A stretch of 64,000 nucleotides of DNA from Acidobacteriota bacterium (GTDB taxonomy: Bacteria > Acidobacteriota > UBA6911 > RPQK01 > JAJDTT01): the NCBI GenBank assembly GCA_965263035.1, contig OZ253580.1, positions 1,920,001-1,984,000 on the forward strand. Direction: 5' to 3'. How positions within the stretch are numbered: position 1 is the first letter of the stretch; each line of letters begins with the position of its first letter. This document shows, in pieces, positions 48,324 through 58,475 of this stretch. Under the pieces are notes generated by a model. The model worked only from the letters and a program-made list of their open reading frames with translations. It did not search any database and had not been told where the DNA came from. A program made the position numbers and the translations under genes.

Positions 48324-49694
48324 ATGTCCGACAGTTGGCTGACCGCCTACGTCGAGCGGGGTCCCAGATGCCGAGAACTCTTCGAGCAGGCGAAGCGTAA
48401 TACCGCCGGTGGCGTCGGTCACGACCTGCGATTTTCGTTTCCCTTCCCCCGCTATATCGATCACGCCGTGGGGTCCCGAATGTGGGACGCGGATGGAAAC
48501 GAGTACATCGACTACGGCATGGGAAACGCGGCCTGTCTGCTGGGCCACTCCCCTCCCGAAGTGCTGAACGCCGTCCGCGAGGTGATCGGCAACGGACTCC
48601 ACTTTGGAATGGATCACCCGGTCCAGGTCGAGTGGGCCGGCCTGATCCAGCAGTTGATTCCCTCAGCCGCGCGCGTTCGTTTCGTCAACTCCGGGACGGA
48701 AGGTTCGATGCTGGCGTTGAGAGTTGCCCGGGCATTCACCCGGCGCACCAAGGTACTCCGTTTCGAGGGCCATTTCAGCGGCTGGCACGACTACGTGGGC
48801 AAGGGCGCCATGCCTCCATTCGACGAATCGATCTCAGCCGGCATCCCTCCCGCCACCCTGGACACCATCGTGGTGATTCCTGCCGATCTTGACCTGGTGG
48901 AGGAGACGCTCCGCAACGATCCCGACATTGCCGCCGTGATGCTGGAGCCGTCCGGCGCGTCGTGGGGCCGGGTCCCTCTGAGTCCCGATTTCAACCACGA
49001 GCTGCGCCGCCTGACCGCGGATCACGGGGTGCTGTTGATCTACGACGAAGTCATCACCGGCTTTCGGTACAGTCCGGGCGGCTACCAGGGACTCGTGGGA
49101 ATCACACCCGACATGAGCGTTCTGGGAAAGATCATGGCGGGCGGACTCCCCGCCGGAGCCCTGGTGGGCCGGACCGACATCATGAGCTTGTTCGATTTCA
49201 CGGGAGATCCCCGCCACGATCGGCACGAGAGGATCCAGCATCTCGGCACTTTCAACGCCAACCCCCTTTCGGCGGCAGCCGGGATCGCCACCCTGAAACA
49301 GGTCGCGACCGGCCGGCCCCAAGCCCAAGCCGACCGCATGGCCGCGCTGCTTCGCGACGGCATGGAGGAGATTCTGGAAAGGGAGCGGGTGGCCGGTTAC
49401 GCCTACGGAGACTCTTCCGGTTTCCATGTCTACCTGGAAGCCCACCCCGGTTCGGGCGCCACCGATCGCGTTGCGGTTCGAACCACCGACGCCACCCGGC
49501 TGAAGGGGATACCCGGAAAGGTCGTGTCCGCGTTTCAAAAGAATCTTCAAATCAGAGGCGTCGATGTACTCTCCTTCACGGCAGGAGTGACCTCCGCCGC
49601 CCATTCGGAAGAAGACATCGGTGAGACCCTCAACGTCTTTCAGGACACCATCCGGACACTGGTCCACGACAAGATCATCGCCCAACTGGCCTGA
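48324..49694 (+). CDS. Class III aminotransferase (glutamate-1-semialdehyde aminomutase-like)
   Basis: WDADGNEYID, RFVNSGTE, LIYDEVITGFR, LGKIMAGGLP and GTFNANP. Confidence 0.92.
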   Translation: MSDSWLTAYVERGPRCRELFEQAKRNTAGGVGHDLRFSFPFPRYIDHAVGSRMWDADGNEYIDYGMGNAACLLGHSPPEVLNAVREVIGNGLHFGMDHPVQVEWAGLIQQLIPSAARVRFVNSGTEGSMLALRVARAFTRRTKVLRFEGHFSGWHDYVGKGAMPPFDESISAGIPPATLDTIVVIPADLDLVEETLRNDPDIAAVMLEPSGASWGRVPLSPDFNHELRRLTADHGVLLIYDEVITGFRYSPGGYQGLVGITPDMSVLGKIMAGGLPAGALVGRTDIMSLFDFTGDPRHDRHERIQHLGTFNANPLSAAAGIATLKQVATGRPQAQADRMAALLRDGMEEILERERVAGYAYGDSSGFHVYLEAHPGSGATDRVAVRTTDATRLKGIPGKVVSAFQKNLQIRGVDVLSFTAGVTSAAHSEEDIGETLNVFQDTIRTLVHDKIIAQLA

Positions 49695-49707
49695 CAAGAA
49701 GTTGCCA

Positions 49708-49779
49708 TTGGAGCGCGACGTGGAGCGGCGGCTTTCTTGCCGCCGATTGGGGGGTCAAGGGGGGCGAAAGCCCCCCTCC
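49708..49779. repeat. REP-like palindrome cluster
   Basis: TGGAGCGGCGGCTTTCTTGCCGCCG and GGGGGGCGAAAGCCCCCCTCC. Confidence 0.6.
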
Positions 49780-49878
49780 GCGCTTCCTTCAAGCGATCCC
49801 TGTTTCCGCACGAATAAAGGAACAATCGTCAGCTTCAACTATGCTGGGAAGAAGGAGGCGAAAAATGACCCACCCTAG

Positions 49879-50037
49879 GAGCCTGCGCGGCAGAAATTGA
49901 TCTACTGCGAAAGCGGTAGAATCGGTCCATATTTCCCCGATTTCTCGGCGAATAGAACGACTATGCACCTCAAAATCGAGAAAATCTGGCCTCGATTCCC
50001 CGCTTTCTCGCTACGATCATTCCTACCGCGCAGACTC
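49879..50037 (-). mobile_element. MITE family B, copy 2 (CTAG TSD)
   Basis: Reverse-complement near-copy of 20086-20243; CTAG at 49875-78 and 50038-41. Confidence 0.9.
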
Positions 50038-50108
50038 CTAGCAAGCACCAGAATCCAGACCACCGAGTTTCGCGCCTGCCCTTCACCCCATATCTACGAC
50101 GAGCCCAT

Positions 50109-51893
50109 TTGTACTCAGCCGCCCTGTTCCTGGCGGCCATCCTGACCGGACCGGTCTCCGCCCAACGAATCCTCCCCCTTCCGGGAGACAACCTGCTGTC
50201 CGGCAAGGAGGCAACTTTCTCCGTCCCACCGAACTGCAGCCACTGCGGTACCGCCGACAAATCCGACCTGACCGACGGAAAACTCTGGCAATCGGACAGC
50301 GGGACAAACTTCTGGGACCACGAGGGATCCGTCGGATGGGACCTTGGCTCCCTACCCGGAGTGATGATCGGGTTCGACCTGGGAACGGTCCATCCGATCG
50401 AAACCCTTGGCCTCCACACCGCGTCGGGAAACCCGGACATCAAAATCCCAACCGCCGTGCTGGCCTACGTGTCGGACGACGGCGAGACCTGGCGCTTCGT
50501 CACCGACCTGGTCAACGAAGTCCTCCCTGAAGGAGCTTCCGTTCGCCGCCGCTTCGTGTCGGGAGACTATTGGACCGGAGGACTGCGAGTCGGCGGACGG
50601 TACCTGGCCTTCTACGTCGTCAATCGCGGTGGCCGCACCTTCATCGACGAAATCGAAGCCCTCCGGGGCAGCCGAAACCCCGCAGACGCGATCTTCAACG
50701 ACGACGCCATCGGCAAGGACCAGCTCGAAACCGACGCCCTGAACCGGGCCCATGGTGCAACACCCCAGGCGGGTTCATTCAGTCACATGAGCACCTGGAT
50801 CCGGAAGAGCTACTCCGACGCGATTCTGCAGACGAAGCCGGCGGAAGAGCGAAGGATGGACAACCTGGAACGGTACGTGGCCATCGACAACAAGGGCAAC
50901 TGGCCCAACCTGACGCTCATGCCGGACGGTTCCATCGTGGCGACGGTCTTCGGCGAACCCGCCCACGGCTTGTGGGAAGGCAGCACCGAATGCTGGATCA
51001 GCCGGGACGGCGGCAAGACCTGGTCCTTTTTGAGCGTGGCGGCGCCTCACGCACCCGGGACCAATCACATGATCTACGGAGCCGGCCTGACTCACGGCGG
51101 CGCCCTGGTCGTCCTGGCCGGCGGCTGGGGCAACGTCCCGTCCCGAGGGGGCGAACCGCCCGTTCCCAACAAGAAGAGATTCCTTCTGACGCCCAGAATC
51201 TGCCGTTCCGAGGACGGCGGCAGGACCTGGACCCGCACGGAGATGAAGGTGCCGCCTCAGATGGAGGACCCGATTCCCTACGGCGATATCGTACTGCTTC
51301 CGGGCCGGCGACTCGCTATATCGTGTTATTCCCACGGTCCCGGAGATCTCGCCAGGAATACGGCCTGGATCTTCTTCAGCGACGACGACGGACGGACCTG
51401 GGGCAACCCTCGCCTGATCGCCGCGGACAGCTACAACGAAACGGCACTGTTGCCTCTGGACGGCGCGAAGATGCTCGCCGCCAGCCGCACCATCCGATGG
51501 GGCGGGATGAAGGATGAGCATCTGGAGCTGTTCGCCTCCGGCGACGGCGGGCAGACGTGGAAGGGGCGAGGACCCGTTTCCTTGCCGAAGGAGATTCCCG
51601 CGGACCTGTTGAGACTGCGGGACGGCTCGATCCTCCTCTCCTACGGCTCACGCCTTCGCGGAGCGCTCGGGGTCCATGCGCGGATCAGCCGGGACGATGG
51701 TCTCACCTGGGATGCTCCCCGGGTCCTCTTCAAGACAGCCGCTCACGTCTCCAGCAGCGGAGCCGGCGGAGTCGACGGCGGTTACCCTTCGAGCGTCCAG
51801 TTGGACGACGGCACCATCCTCACCGCTTACTACTGTTCCCGCCTCCCCTGGCACCAGCGGTATCACATGGGCGTGGTCTTCTGGCAGGATTGA
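50109..51893 (+). CDS. Secreted sialidase-like BNR protein with N-terminal discoidin-like domain
   Basis: DLTDG..FDLG N-domain; Asp-boxes SRDGGKTW, SEDGGRTW, SDDDGRTW and SRDDGLTW; GYPSSVQLDDGTILTAYY. Confidence 0.82.
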   Translation: MYSAALFLAAILTGPVSAQRILPLPGDNLLSGKEATFSVPPNCSHCGTADKSDLTDGKLWQSDSGTNFWDHEGSVGWDLGSLPGVMIGFDLGTVHPIETLGLHTASGNPDIKIPTAVLAYVSDDGETWRFVTDLVNEVLPEGASVRRRFVSGDYWTGGLRVGGRYLAFYVVNRGGRTFIDEIEALRGSRNPADAIFNDDAIGKDQLETDALNRAHGATPQAGSFSHMSTWIRKSYSDAILQTKPAEERRMDNLERYVAIDNKGNWPNLTLMPDGSIVATVFGEPAHGLWEGSTECWISRDGGKTWSFLSVAAPHAPGTNHMIYGAGLTHGGALVVLAGGWGNVPSRGGEPPVPNKKRFLLTPRICRSEDGGRTWTRTEMKVPPQMEDPIPYGDIVLLPGRRLAISCYSHGPGDLARNTAWIFFSDDDGRTWGNPRLIAADSYNETALLPLDGAKMLAASRTIRWGGMKDEHLELFASGDGGQTWKGRGPVSLPKEIPADLLRLRDGSILLSYGSRLRGALGVHARISRDDGLTWDAPRVLFKTAAHVSSSGAGGVDGGYPSSVQLDDGTILTAYYCSRLPWHQRYHMGVVFWQD

Positions 51894-51963
51894 AGGTCTA
51901 CTGCCCGAAGATCCTAAGCCCAGGTTGGGCTCCACGAAAGGAGGATTTCAGGTGGCTTCCACC

Positions 51964-53067
51964 ATGGTGAAGGGCATGGCTTGGACTGCGGCTTTGCTCG
52001 TCGTGGTCTGCGCCGTTCTCCATTTCGTACCCGGTGCGTCCTCCCGGCGGCCGAACGTCATCCTGATTCTGACCGACGACCAGGGTTACGGCGACGTGGG
52101 CGTCCACGGCAACGACGTCCTGCGGACGCCGAACCTGGACCGTCTGGCCCGGGAAGGGGTCCGAATCAAGGAATTCTATGTGACCCCGCTCTGCGCGACG
52201 ACCCGGGCCGGCCTGCTCACGGGCCGGTACAACCAGCGAACCGGCGTCCTCTGGCCGTTTCTGGGGGCTGAAGTGCTGAGACACCGGGAGGTGACCCTGG
52301 CCGAAGCCTTGAAGGACGCCGGATACCAAACCGCGCTGATCGGGAAGTGGCACCTGGGCAGGTACGGAAAATACGGTCCCCTGACCCACGGTTTCGACGA
52401 GTTTCTGGGATTCCGGGACGGCATGATCGACGATTATTTCGACACCGCCCTGGAGCACAACGGCCTTCCGGTGCGGATCAGCAACTACATCACCGACGCC
52501 TTGACCGACGCCGCCCTCCGTTTCGTCGAGTCCAACCGGAGCCGCCCCTTACTTCCTCTTCCTGTCCTACAACGCTCCCCACATTCCCAACCAGGTCCCC
52601 CTGAAGTACGAGCAGGAATACACCGAGAAGGGCCTGTCTCCCCACCTGGCCAAGGTCTACGGCATGATCACCTGCCTGGACGATGGGATCGGGCGCATCC
52701 TCGAGTCCTTGGAGAAGCTGGGTTTGGAGGAAAATACGATCGTCGTCTTCCTGTCGGACAACGGCCCCCAGATGGAAAGCAGCCGCCAGATGCAGCAATT
52801 CCGGTCTCGAGAGTGGCACCGGATGGACGCCATGTGGAAGGGGGTCGGCCGCTACAACGCGAACCTGCGGGGAGAAAAGGCCACCGTCTACGAGGGAGGG
52901 ATCCGTTCGCCGTTCTTCGCACGCTGGGTGGGCCAGCTCCCGGCGGGAAAGACCCTGGACCTGGCGGCCTCCCATATCGACCTGCTTCCGACCCTTCTGG
53001 ACCTCTGTGAGGTTCCGCTCCCGGAAGGGCCGGCATTGGACGGCCGGAGCCTGGCTCCGCTTCTTAA
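51964..53067 (+). pseudogene. Arylsulfatase, frameshifted (~52550) and truncated by MITE A
   Basis: RPNVILILTDDQGYGD, CATTR, GKWHLG; a frameshift precedes FLSYNAPH, FLSDNG, KATVYEGGIR and LDGRSL, then the MITE follows. Confidence 0.88.
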
Positions 53068-53225
53068 CAGCCCGTGGCAAAAGTCATCACGGCATTCGAC
53101 CGTCCCTGCATCCCGGCGGACGGCGTTGCGATTCGGGCACATACTCCCGGTATGCACCCGAATCGCGCCTTGTCCGGCGGGCGCAGGAACGGTCTCGGTG
53201 CTCGCGGGACTTTCACCACGGACTG
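53068..53225 (+). mobile_element. MITE family A, copy 3
   Basis: Near-identical to 45300-45457. TTAA on the left only. Confidence 0.9.
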
Positions 53226-53431
53226 ATATGCAACCGGATCTTGCACCGCAGTGCGAGGAGGTTGCGCAATGGAATAATCCCGGAAAACTGACGCGTGAGA
53301 ACGAGGTGCCGCGGGAATGCCTTTCCGGTCTGAGCGCAACCACACAGCCCATGAGCGTCAGCTTCGGACCATGTCCTCCGCGGTAAGTTGACCGGGTCCG
53401 GCGTTGAACCTATTCTGCCCCAGGAGGAGAA

Positions 53432-54871
53432 ATGAAAAGAGTTGTTCTGGCTTGCCTGCTGCTGTCACTGCCGTTGCTGGGCGGAAAATCCGTCGTCGAC
53501 GTCGGCTCCGACCGTCAGCTTTTTCTGGACCGGGATCTCATCGACGAGATGCGCGGCGCCGAATTCGAGCAGCACCGGCCGGTGCTGCGCGAAGAGGTCC
53601 TGCGTTACGACAAACCGTGGGAGGGGGACACCTCATGGCATCCCATCGTGATCCGGGACGGGGAGCGCTTCCGGATGTGGTACCGGGTCTCCCAAGGCAA
53701 CCATGACGGCGTGGCCCAGACGGCCTACGCCGAGAGCAAGGACGGGATTCATTGGGAGCGCCCCTCGCTGGGGTTGGTGGAGTCGAAGGGCTCGACCGAC
53801 AATAACCTGATCTGGCCCACGGTCGGCAACCAGGGGATCAACATGTGCGTCTTCAAGGACCCGAACCCCGGCGTGCCGGAGGGGGAAAGGTACAAGGCCA
53901 TCGTCCAGACCCGGGACATCCACGGGCTGGTCTCTGCGGACGGGCTGCATTGGGAACCGATCCAGCCCGAACCCCTGATCCGGCGCCTCCAGGACCAGGT
54001 CAACGACGGTCCTCATGCCGCCTTCTGGGATCCCTGGCAGTCCCGGTACGTCATCTACAAGCGCGGCTGGTGGGGAGCCACCCCGGAAAAGCAACTGGAC
54101 GCCTCGGGAACCAGCGGAGAGGCCAATCGGACCATTCGCCGTTTCACCTCCCGGGACTTCCTCACCTGGGACGGCCCCGAATGGGTGGAGATCCCCTTCG
54201 GGACCCACCCCCGGGAACAGTTCTACACCAGCGCCGCCATTCCCTATCCCTGGGCCCGGAACGTCTACCTCATGTTTCCCATGCGCTTCATCCTGGACCG
54301 GGAAGGCGAGGGCTGGCCCTTTCCCGGCCTCTCGGACATCGCCCTGCTCAGCAGCCGCGACGGGCTCCATTGGCAGCGGACCTTCCGCGAAGCCTGGATC
54401 CGTCCCGGACTCGACCGGAACAACTGGCACGAACGGGCCATGTCCTTCGGCTCGGGCCTGGTCCGGACCGCTCCGGGAGAGCTCTCCATGTACATGACCC
54501 ACAACTACCGGACCCCCGATGCCCACATCCGGCGGGTGACGCTGCGGCAGGACGGGTTCATCTCGGTCCATGCCCCCGATCTGGGAGGGGAGTTCACGAC
54601 CCGGCCGTTGCAATTCAAGGGGAGCCGCCTGCGGATCAACTACTCCACCTCGGTGACGGGATCGGTCCGGGTGGAGGTGCTCAACCACTTCTCCCGTCCC
54701 GTCCTCGGCTTCAACCTGAAGGACAGCAGCGAGATCTACGGGGATGAGCTGGACCGGGTCGTCAGTTGGGGGGAGAACGAAGACCTGAGCGCGCTGGAGG
54801 GGCAGACGGTTCGCCTCCGTTTCGTGCTGCGGGACGCGAACCTCTATTCCTTCCAGTTCGGTGCGCCGTAG
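53432..54871 (+). CDS. Secreted glycoside-hydrolase-like beta-propeller protein
   Basis: RQLFLD, FRMWY, YAESKDGIHWERP, SRDGLHW, LRQDGF and DANLYSFQF. Confidence 0.72.
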   Translation: MKRVVLACLLLSLPLLGGKSVVDVGSDRQLFLDRDLIDEMRGAEFEQHRPVLREEVLRYDKPWEGDTSWHPIVIRDGERFRMWYRVSQGNHDGVAQTAYAESKDGIHWERPSLGLVESKGSTDNNLIWPTVGNQGINMCVFKDPNPGVPEGERYKAIVQTRDIHGLVSADGLHWEPIQPEPLIRRLQDQVNDGPHAAFWDPWQSRYVIYKRGWWGATPEKQLDASGTSGEANRTIRRFTSRDFLTWDGPEWVEIPFGTHPREQFYTSAAIPYPWARNVYLMFPMRFILDREGEGWPFPGLSDIALLSSRDGLHWQRTFREAWIRPGLDRNNWHERAMSFGSGLVRTAPGELSMYMTHNYRTPDAHIRRVTLRQDGFISVHAPDLGGEFTTRPLQFKGSRLRINYSTSVTGSVRVEVLNHFSRPVLGFNLKDSSEIYGDELDRVVSWGENEDLSALEGQTVRLRFVLRDANLYSFQFGAP

Positions 54872-54876
54872 GGGCC

Positions 54877-54969
54877 TGGAGCGGCGGATTTCCGGTCGCC
54901 GATTCCATAGAAGAATTGGAGGACTGAAGTTTCCCCTCCCATATGGGGGACAAGACTGTCCCTTCCTAC
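54877..54969. repeat. REP-like palindrome cluster (degenerate)
   Basis: TGGAGCGGCGGATTTCCGGTCGCC and GGGGGACAAGACTGTCCCTTCC; resembles 44889-44980. Confidence 0.55.
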
Positions 54970-55068
54970 TGGTCCCTGGGTACATTCTACGGAACAAAAT
55001 TCGAGGCAAGCCCATTCAAATCAATGATGTGAAGCGAAGAATCAAGTCAGACAGGCTGGAAGTTCAGT

Positions 55069-55281
55069 CTAAAGGAGATCCTTGAACCGTTGCACCGTCA
55101 AGCCAGCATCTTGAACGACGCCACCCATCGTATAGGCATTAACCGGATTGTGGCGAGGAATTGTGAGTAGCCGCCTTCCGTCGCTCATGACCACGTGCTT
55201 ACCTTGATTCACGATCTGGAAACCAGCTTTCTCAAGCGCACGAACCGCCCGAAGGTGATTAATTCCTGGGATCTTCGGCAC
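55069..55281 (-). CDS. hicA: HicA family toxin
   Basis: VRALEKAGF..QGKHVVM..LTIPRHNP..DAGLT. GTG 55281. Confidence 0.88.
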   Translation of the reverse strand: MPKIPGINHLRAVRALEKAGFQIVNQGKHVVMSDGRRLLTIPRHNPVNAYTMGGVVQDAGLTVQRFKDLL

Positions 55282-55282
55282 G

Positions 55283-55480
55283 CTAGACGGCGACCTCAAC
55301 CTCTCGGGTTTGTTGTCCCTCAGAGATTTTCTTTACCGCCGTCAGGTACTCCTGAATCGCAGACCTAATATTTTCGAGGGCTTCCGCTTCTGTCTTACCC
55401 TGTGACCAGCACCCGGGAAGTCCAGGACACGAAATGCTATAGCCTTCTTCCGATCGCATAAGAACTACTCGGTATTTCAT
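55283..55480 (-). CDS. hicB: HicB family antitoxin (short form)
   Basis: EEGYSISCPGLPGCWSQGKTEAEALENIRSAI. Confidence 0.9.
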   Translation of the reverse strand: MKYRVVLMRSEEGYSISCPGLPGCWSQGKTEAEALENIRSAIQEYLTAVKKISEGQQTREVEVAV

Positions 55481-55597
55481 ATTCTATCCATTCTGCACCG
55501 AAGACCTTTGATCATACAGCCGACTTCTGCCTGGACTTTCTCTGTTTTTCTGGAGGTTCAATCCCCGTTTCCGGGCGGTTGGGGAGTGCGCCCCCTT

Positions 55598-57055
55598 CTA
55601 CGTCCCCGATTCCGGCCCCACCGGAGCCCAGCGGAAGCACCCGTACTGCGACTCGTAAAGATTGTAGTCTCCGGTACTTCGAGCGATCTCCCACATGCCC
55701 GCGGCCATCTCCCGGCACAGCGGCCCGCGGCTCCCGGCCAGGTTGTGCAGCTCGTGTGGGTCCCGCTCCAAGTCGTAGATCTCGTCTTCATCGAAGGCGT
55801 TGAAGACGTACTTGTGCCGCCCACGCCAGAGGACCCTCTGAGTGTAGGCCATCCGCTGTCCCTGCATCTCGGCGTAGGCTTGTGAATCCCAGCCGGAGCC
55901 GTCTCCCCCCAACAGCGGACGCAGCGAACGGCCGTGGCAGGAAAAGCCCTCTCCCAGCATCAGCTCCATCAGGGTCGGAGCCACGTCCAGCAGGCTGACG
56001 ATCCCGGGGGCCTCCTGCCCCGGTCTCACCCCCGGACCCTTCAGGATCAAAGGCACACGATACGCTTCCTCGAAGGCGGGGACCCCCTTGAGCATCAGGC
56101 GATGGGCGCCCATGTAGTCGCCGTGGTCCGAAAGAAACAGGACCAGCGTATTCTCCGACTGCCCCGTCTCCTCCAAGACCCTCAAGACCCGTCCGACCTG
56201 GTCGTCGATGAGGGAGCAGAAGGCGTAGTAGCAGGCGGTGGCCTCGGCGAAGTCGGACCATTGCATCTGGTCCCAGACCCGTTGCATCCGCCGGTAGATG
56301 CCGGGCCGATGGGCCAGATCATCCTGGAAACTGGGGGGAGGCGCCAGGGCGCGGGCGTCGTAGAGACGCCGGTACTCCCGCGGTACGACGTACGGATCGT
56401 GGGGTCCGACGGTACTCAGGAAGAGGCACCAGGGCTGCTCCTGCCGGGCCGACCCGGTCAGAAAGTCGATCCCGCGAGAGTAGACGTAGTGCTCGCCGGT
56501 GCCCTCCACCGGCTCGTCCACGACGCCGTGCAATAGCAGGTCCCGATACCCGCGGTGGCGAACCATGCCCCTCCGCTCCCAGCGGCGGTCCGATTCGGGA
56601 AGACCCAGACTCCGGCGTCGCTCCAGGTAACCGGTGTTGGGGACCCTCCGGCACCCCACTTCGGCCGCCTCGAAGCTCTCCATCAGCTCATAGGAATCGA
56701 ACCCGAACTGCTCCAGCCGGTTCGAGCGCTCGATGTGCCATTTTCCGAAGTAGCCGGTGCGATACCCGGCCTCCCGCAGCCGCCGGCTCCAGAACGGAAG
56801 CCCCGCCTTCAGATCGGCGCGATAGGGCTCCACCGTATGGGTGCAGTCGACCATGCCGTGGCTGTGGGGCAGGAGCCCCGTCATCAAGCTGGCCCGGCTG
56901 GGCGAGCAGATGGGGTTAGTGGAGTAGCAGCGCAGGAAACGGGTCCCCCGGGCGGCCAGATGGTCCAGGTTGGGGGTCCGGCAGGGAGAGGCAGGACCCA
57001 CCGTGTCGGCACGCTGCTGATCGGTCATCAGCACCAGCAGATTGGGTCGGGGCAA
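55598..57055 (-). CDS. Sulfatase
   Basis: TTG 57055 with AGGAGG RBS; PNLLVLMTDQQR, CSPSRAS, GKWH and SDHGD. Confidence 0.92.
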   Translation of the reverse strand: MPRPNLLVLMTDQQRADTVGPASPCRTPNLDHLAARGTRFLRCYSTNPICSPSRASLMTGLLPHSHGMVDCTHTVEPYRADLKAGLPFWSRRLREAGYRTGYFGKWHIERSNRLEQFGFDSYELMESFEAAEVGCRRVPNTGYLERRRSLGLPESDRRWERRGMVRHRGYRDLLLHGVVDEPVEGTGEHYVYSRGIDFLTGSARQEQPWCLFLSTVGPHDPYVVPREYRRLYDARALAPPPSFQDDLAHRPGIYRRMQRVWDQMQWSDFAEATACYYAFCSLIDDQVGRVLRVLEETGQSENTLVLFLSDHGDYMGAHRLMLKGVPAFEEAYRVPLILKGPGVRPGQEAPGIVSLLDVAPTLMELMLGEGFSCHGRSLRPLLGGDGSGWDSQAYAEMQGQRMAYTQRVLWRGRHKYVFNAFDEDEIYDLERDPHELHNLAGSRGPLCREMAAGMWEIARSTGDYNLYESQYGCFRWAPVGPESGT

Positions 57056-57081
57056 GCGTCCTCCTGTTGCGCAAGCTACCT

Positions 57082-58324
57082 GGGGCTTATATATCTGACT
57101 TGACGTCAGCACACCGTTCCGGCGCCACGTTCGGCCCGCTGGCCCACGTTTCGGCACCCAGGGCAAGAACCCCCGCCCTGAGAATGTTCAGGGCGGCATT
57201 GTGGTCCCTGTCCATTCTGAGATCACAGGCTGAGCAGTGATACGTCTCGCTCCTTCCCGGTCGATTCCGGGCGCCACAACGGTGACAGTCCTGCGATGTG
57301 TATTGTGGGTTGACTTCCACGAACCCCCGACCGGCCCACTCTGCCTTGTACTGGAGTTGATTCCGCAGCAGCCCCCATTGCTGTGAGAGCATCTCTCGAT
57401 TCAGGCCCTTCCGCTTCAGGCCCTTCGTCGACATCCCCTTGATGTCCAACTTCTCCACCGCAATCAGTCCGTTCTTGCGGATGATCGCAGTGGTCTGCCG
57501 GTGACAGGCGTTCCGGTTGCGGACACCCTCCCGGTAACGCATTCCCGCCAACCGGCGGACTCTCTTCTTCCTCCGGTTGGACCCCCGCCGGCATCGGGCA
57601 ATCCTCCTCTGTTGCCGCCGGATCTCCGGCCAGTCCCGAGTGTTGCGTTCGATTCGTTCCCCGGTGGACAAAACCGCCCGCTTGCGGACACCCAAGTCGA
57701 TTCCGACCGCCGAGGCACACTTCGGCAGCGGCTGCTTCTCGACTTCATAGGTCAGATCCACATACACCCGATTCGCCTTGCGCACGATCCTCAATGCTTT
57801 CAGTTCACCCTCGGGCAAGGGTCGGGTGGGGAACATCCGAATCGTCGGAAAGCCCTTGGGACGGATGGCGAATCCCCGGGCCCGCTTCTTCACCATCGTC
57901 GTCTTGGGATCGACGATATCAATGGTCTCCATCCTGGAGATCGGTCGGAACCGGGGATACCCAGGATCCTCTCCCGCCTTGCAGCGCCGGAAAAAGGCCT
58001 GGAAGGCTCGTTCCAGGCGAAACAACATCCCCCTTTCGGCCTTGACGGCAATGGCCCCGAGCCCGGTCGGATCGTTTCTCCTCTGCTGCGTCAAACCCCG
58101 CAACTGGTCATACAGAGTCACGGATTTCTCTTCCTTCTCCCAGGCGTCCTTTCGCTCCTCCAGGGCGGAGTTGTAGAGGCGGTTCAAAACCGATCGGATC
58201 CAATCCAGACGCCGAAGCCCAGCCTTGGACATCTTGGCTCGGCACTGAAATATTGTATGATACGTCAATACAGGTATGTTAACACATCTTAGTGACAATC
58301 TATCAAGTTAGATATTTAAGCCCC
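57082..58324 (-). mobile_element. TIR-bounded, TnpB-only element, copy 2 (1243 bp)
   Basis: TIRs GGGGCTTATATATCTGACTTGA and GGGGCTTAAATATCTAACTTGA (20/22). No clean 8-bp TSD. Confidence 0.88.
57087..58298 (-). CDS. tnpB: RNA-guided endonuclease TnpB (start uncertain, possibly TTG 58268)
   Basis: GIDLG / IAVEKL / DRDHNAALNI and CHRC..CSAC; close paralogue of 26016..27191. Confidence 0.95.
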   Translation of the reverse strand: MSLRCVNIPVLTYHTIFQCRAKMSKAGLRRLDWIRSVLNRLYNSALEERKDAWEKEEKSVTLYDQLRGLTQQRRNDPTGLGAIAVKAERGMLFRLERAFQAFFRRCKAGEDPGYPRFRPISRMETIDIVDPKTTMVKKRARGFAIRPKGFPTIRMFPTRPLPEGELKALRIVRKANRVYVDLTYEVEKQPLPKCASAVGIDLGVRKRAVLSTGERIERNTRDWPEIRRQQRRIARCRRGSNRRKKRVRRLAGMRYREGVRNRNACHRQTTAIIRKNGLIAVEKLDIKGMSTKGLKRKGLNREMLSQQWGLLRNQLQYKAEWAGRGFVEVNPQYTSQDCHRCGARNRPGRSETYHCSACDLRMDRDHNAALNILRAGVLALGAETWASGPNVAPERCADVKSDI

Positions 58325-58475
58325 TACCACACTATTTAATTGGGCTGTCCCTGTGTTCCAGCCCTCGACCCAGTCTACCAAGCCTCGACCTTCGGCTTGG
58401 CATTCGGTAGAAAAGTCCTGTCCGAGCGTCCCCTTTTGGGATCGTGAATTCCTTTCGCTTTCGTGAGGAGGCAGA

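Noticed and set aside
57074-58332. TSD for TnpB element 2
   Set aside because: The flanks share only TACC at an offset (TACCT vs TACCA), which is not convincing.
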